From contig NW_027590347.1 of the NCBI RefSeq assembly GCF_964213995.1, forward strand, positions 124,001 to 188,000: a DNA stretch of 64,000 bases, in the 5' to 3' direction. Origin of the DNA: Mustelus asterias. Lineage: Eukaryota. The stretch's first letter is position 1. Each line of letters opens with the position of its first letter. The notes under the pieces were generated by a model. The model saw only the letters and a list, made by a program, of their open reading frames with translations, did not search any database and was not told where the DNA came from. A program made the position numbers and the translations under genes. Shown in pieces: positions 62,641 to 64,000 of the stretch.

Positions 62641-62751
62641 GGGGACTTAAAGACCAGCCAAGCTGGTCTTTATATGATTTGGGTTCAATTACAAATCCAC
62701 ATTGCAGCTCACAGATCTGATTCAGTGAGAGGAGGTGAGAGTGCCTTTGCC

Positions 62752-62790
62752 GGTTTTTGTACGGGCTGACTGTGTCTCTGTAGCAGTGTG
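62752..62790 (-). other. 23-RSS of V3
   Basis: Minus strand CACACTG + 23 nt + ACAAAAACC. Confidence 0.93.
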
Positions 62791-63226
62791 GGGCTCAGCG
62801 CACAGTGATACACGGCAGAGTCAGAGACATGGACCCCGGTGATTGTTAAAGGAACTGTTCTCTTGTCTTTGTCTAATTCAGCCGAAAACCGGTCAGGGAA
62901 ATCTGGAGACTTTTCCCCCTGTCCCTTGCCGTATTTCTTCAGTAAATATCTCGGAGCGTCCCCGGGATGTTGAATGTACCAGAAGAGAGTCTCGCCAGTG
63001 TATTTTGTTGTGTAGTTGCAGTTCAATATTACCGTCTGCCCTTCCTGGACCGTGAATTCGGGCAGGTCCTGGGAAACTGAATCTTGGCCACTGGTTCCTG
63101 TAACAACATATAGAATGTGTGAGAAATCTGAGTGAATATAACCCATGAAACACACACTGAGGATTTGAGCTCAGACTCACCGGGCAGCATGACCATTATT
63201 ATCAGTAAAGCACACAGGGAACACAT
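62791..63226 (-). CDS. TRAV: T-cell receptor alpha/delta-type V gene segment V3 (leader exon 63226-63181, V exon 63097-62791)
   Basis: Leader MCSLCALLIIMVMLP, GTGAGT..CAG phase-1 intron, QDSVSQ..VILNCNY, LFWYIQHPG, DSAVYHCALS, 23-RSS. Confidence 0.93.
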
Positions 63227-64000
63227 GGTTCCTGATTGGACAGTAAACAGCCACACTGTTTAAACGATGTTGCTGCTTCTAGTTTATATCACAGAGTCAA
63301 CTCAGATCAGAGGCAACTGCAATTATTGGGAAACTGGGGGGCGTTTCTCAGTGCTGCGATTGGTTAGTCTGCCTGAGATGATGTTAGCTTTGGATCAATC
63401 ACTGTTAGTTGACGACGAAGTGCGGCTGGCTTTCTCCAATCAAATTGTAGCCCAGGCTGAGTCCGTCTTTCTCACCCTCTTGCTCTCTGTCACATTCTCA
63501 GTCATTCTGTCTCTTTCTCGGTTTAACTCTCTTTCCTTCCAACCGGAGATCAGCTCTTTATATGACACCAGAGCCTGTCTTCATATTGCAATAGACCATG
63601 TTTCCCTTGCCATCAGTATAGTATTAATTACGATATCTATCGGTGCGTCTGTCAGAATTCAATCATTTTAGTCAGAGTAAATTAACGATAATAGTGAAAG
63701 AGTATATTTAATCTTATTAACGTTTCTAAGTACAAACCCAGAGGCCTCAGATGTCTGCGGTTTTATTTGATCGGATTAACTCGCTCATGTTAAATGTTAT
63801 TTATTTTTATACCAGTTTGTGACGACTTCTCAAGAACCTTAATCTTATTACCACGCGCTTGACCTGTTTACGCGGAACTTTTCGTTCTGACAGGTAGATT
63901 TCCTCGGGTTGCGATTGGAAATAGAACTGTACACGGATTGAACAACTGAGGATTTAGATGGAGATCCCGTGAGGGAAGCAAACGCTGCAACACAGGAATT

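Noticed and set aside
59100-63226. IgH/IgNAR or NAR-TCR supporting V identity for the V genes
   Set aside because: WYxQ and CAV/CAL endings fit TCR alpha/delta; each has its own leader and none has an adjacent D-J cassette in the window.
63267-63671. 134-aa hydrophobic ORF upstream of V3
   Set aside because: No family motif or splice support; likely a chance ORF in promoter/intergenic DNA.

Overview
Vertebrate genomic DNA, very likely from a cartilaginous fish (shark), judged by HE1-like SINEs, CR1/Rex-type LINE fragments, a GPR139-like GPCR and TCR V genes; there are no prokaryotic features. 1-30 kb is heterochromatin-like: a 69-bp satellite alternates with GA/GT micro/minisatellites in about 8 higher-order units, with a ~3.5-kb segmental duplication and many N gaps. 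31-43 kb holds an unrecognised + strand multi-exon gene built from tandemly duplicated ~102-nt exons. 43-52 kb is TE-rich, with a palindromic Penelope-like insertion carrying hammerhead cores, a CpG-island promoter with triplicated RFX/YY1 motifs and a CTCF site. 52-55 kb has 52-bp and 56-bp satellites; every 56-bp unit resembles a 12-RSS. 55-58 kb is a frameshifted GPR139-like pseudogene between direct repeats. 59-63.3 kb is the edge of a TCR alpha/delta-type V cluster: three intact leader+V+23-RSS genes (one +, two -), a tRNA-Gln pseudogene and a 5'-truncated Tx1-type LINE with a target-site duplication. No D, J or C segments were seen. Most long ORFs in the ORF track are repeat artefacts. 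Repeat family names are from recall, not database searches.
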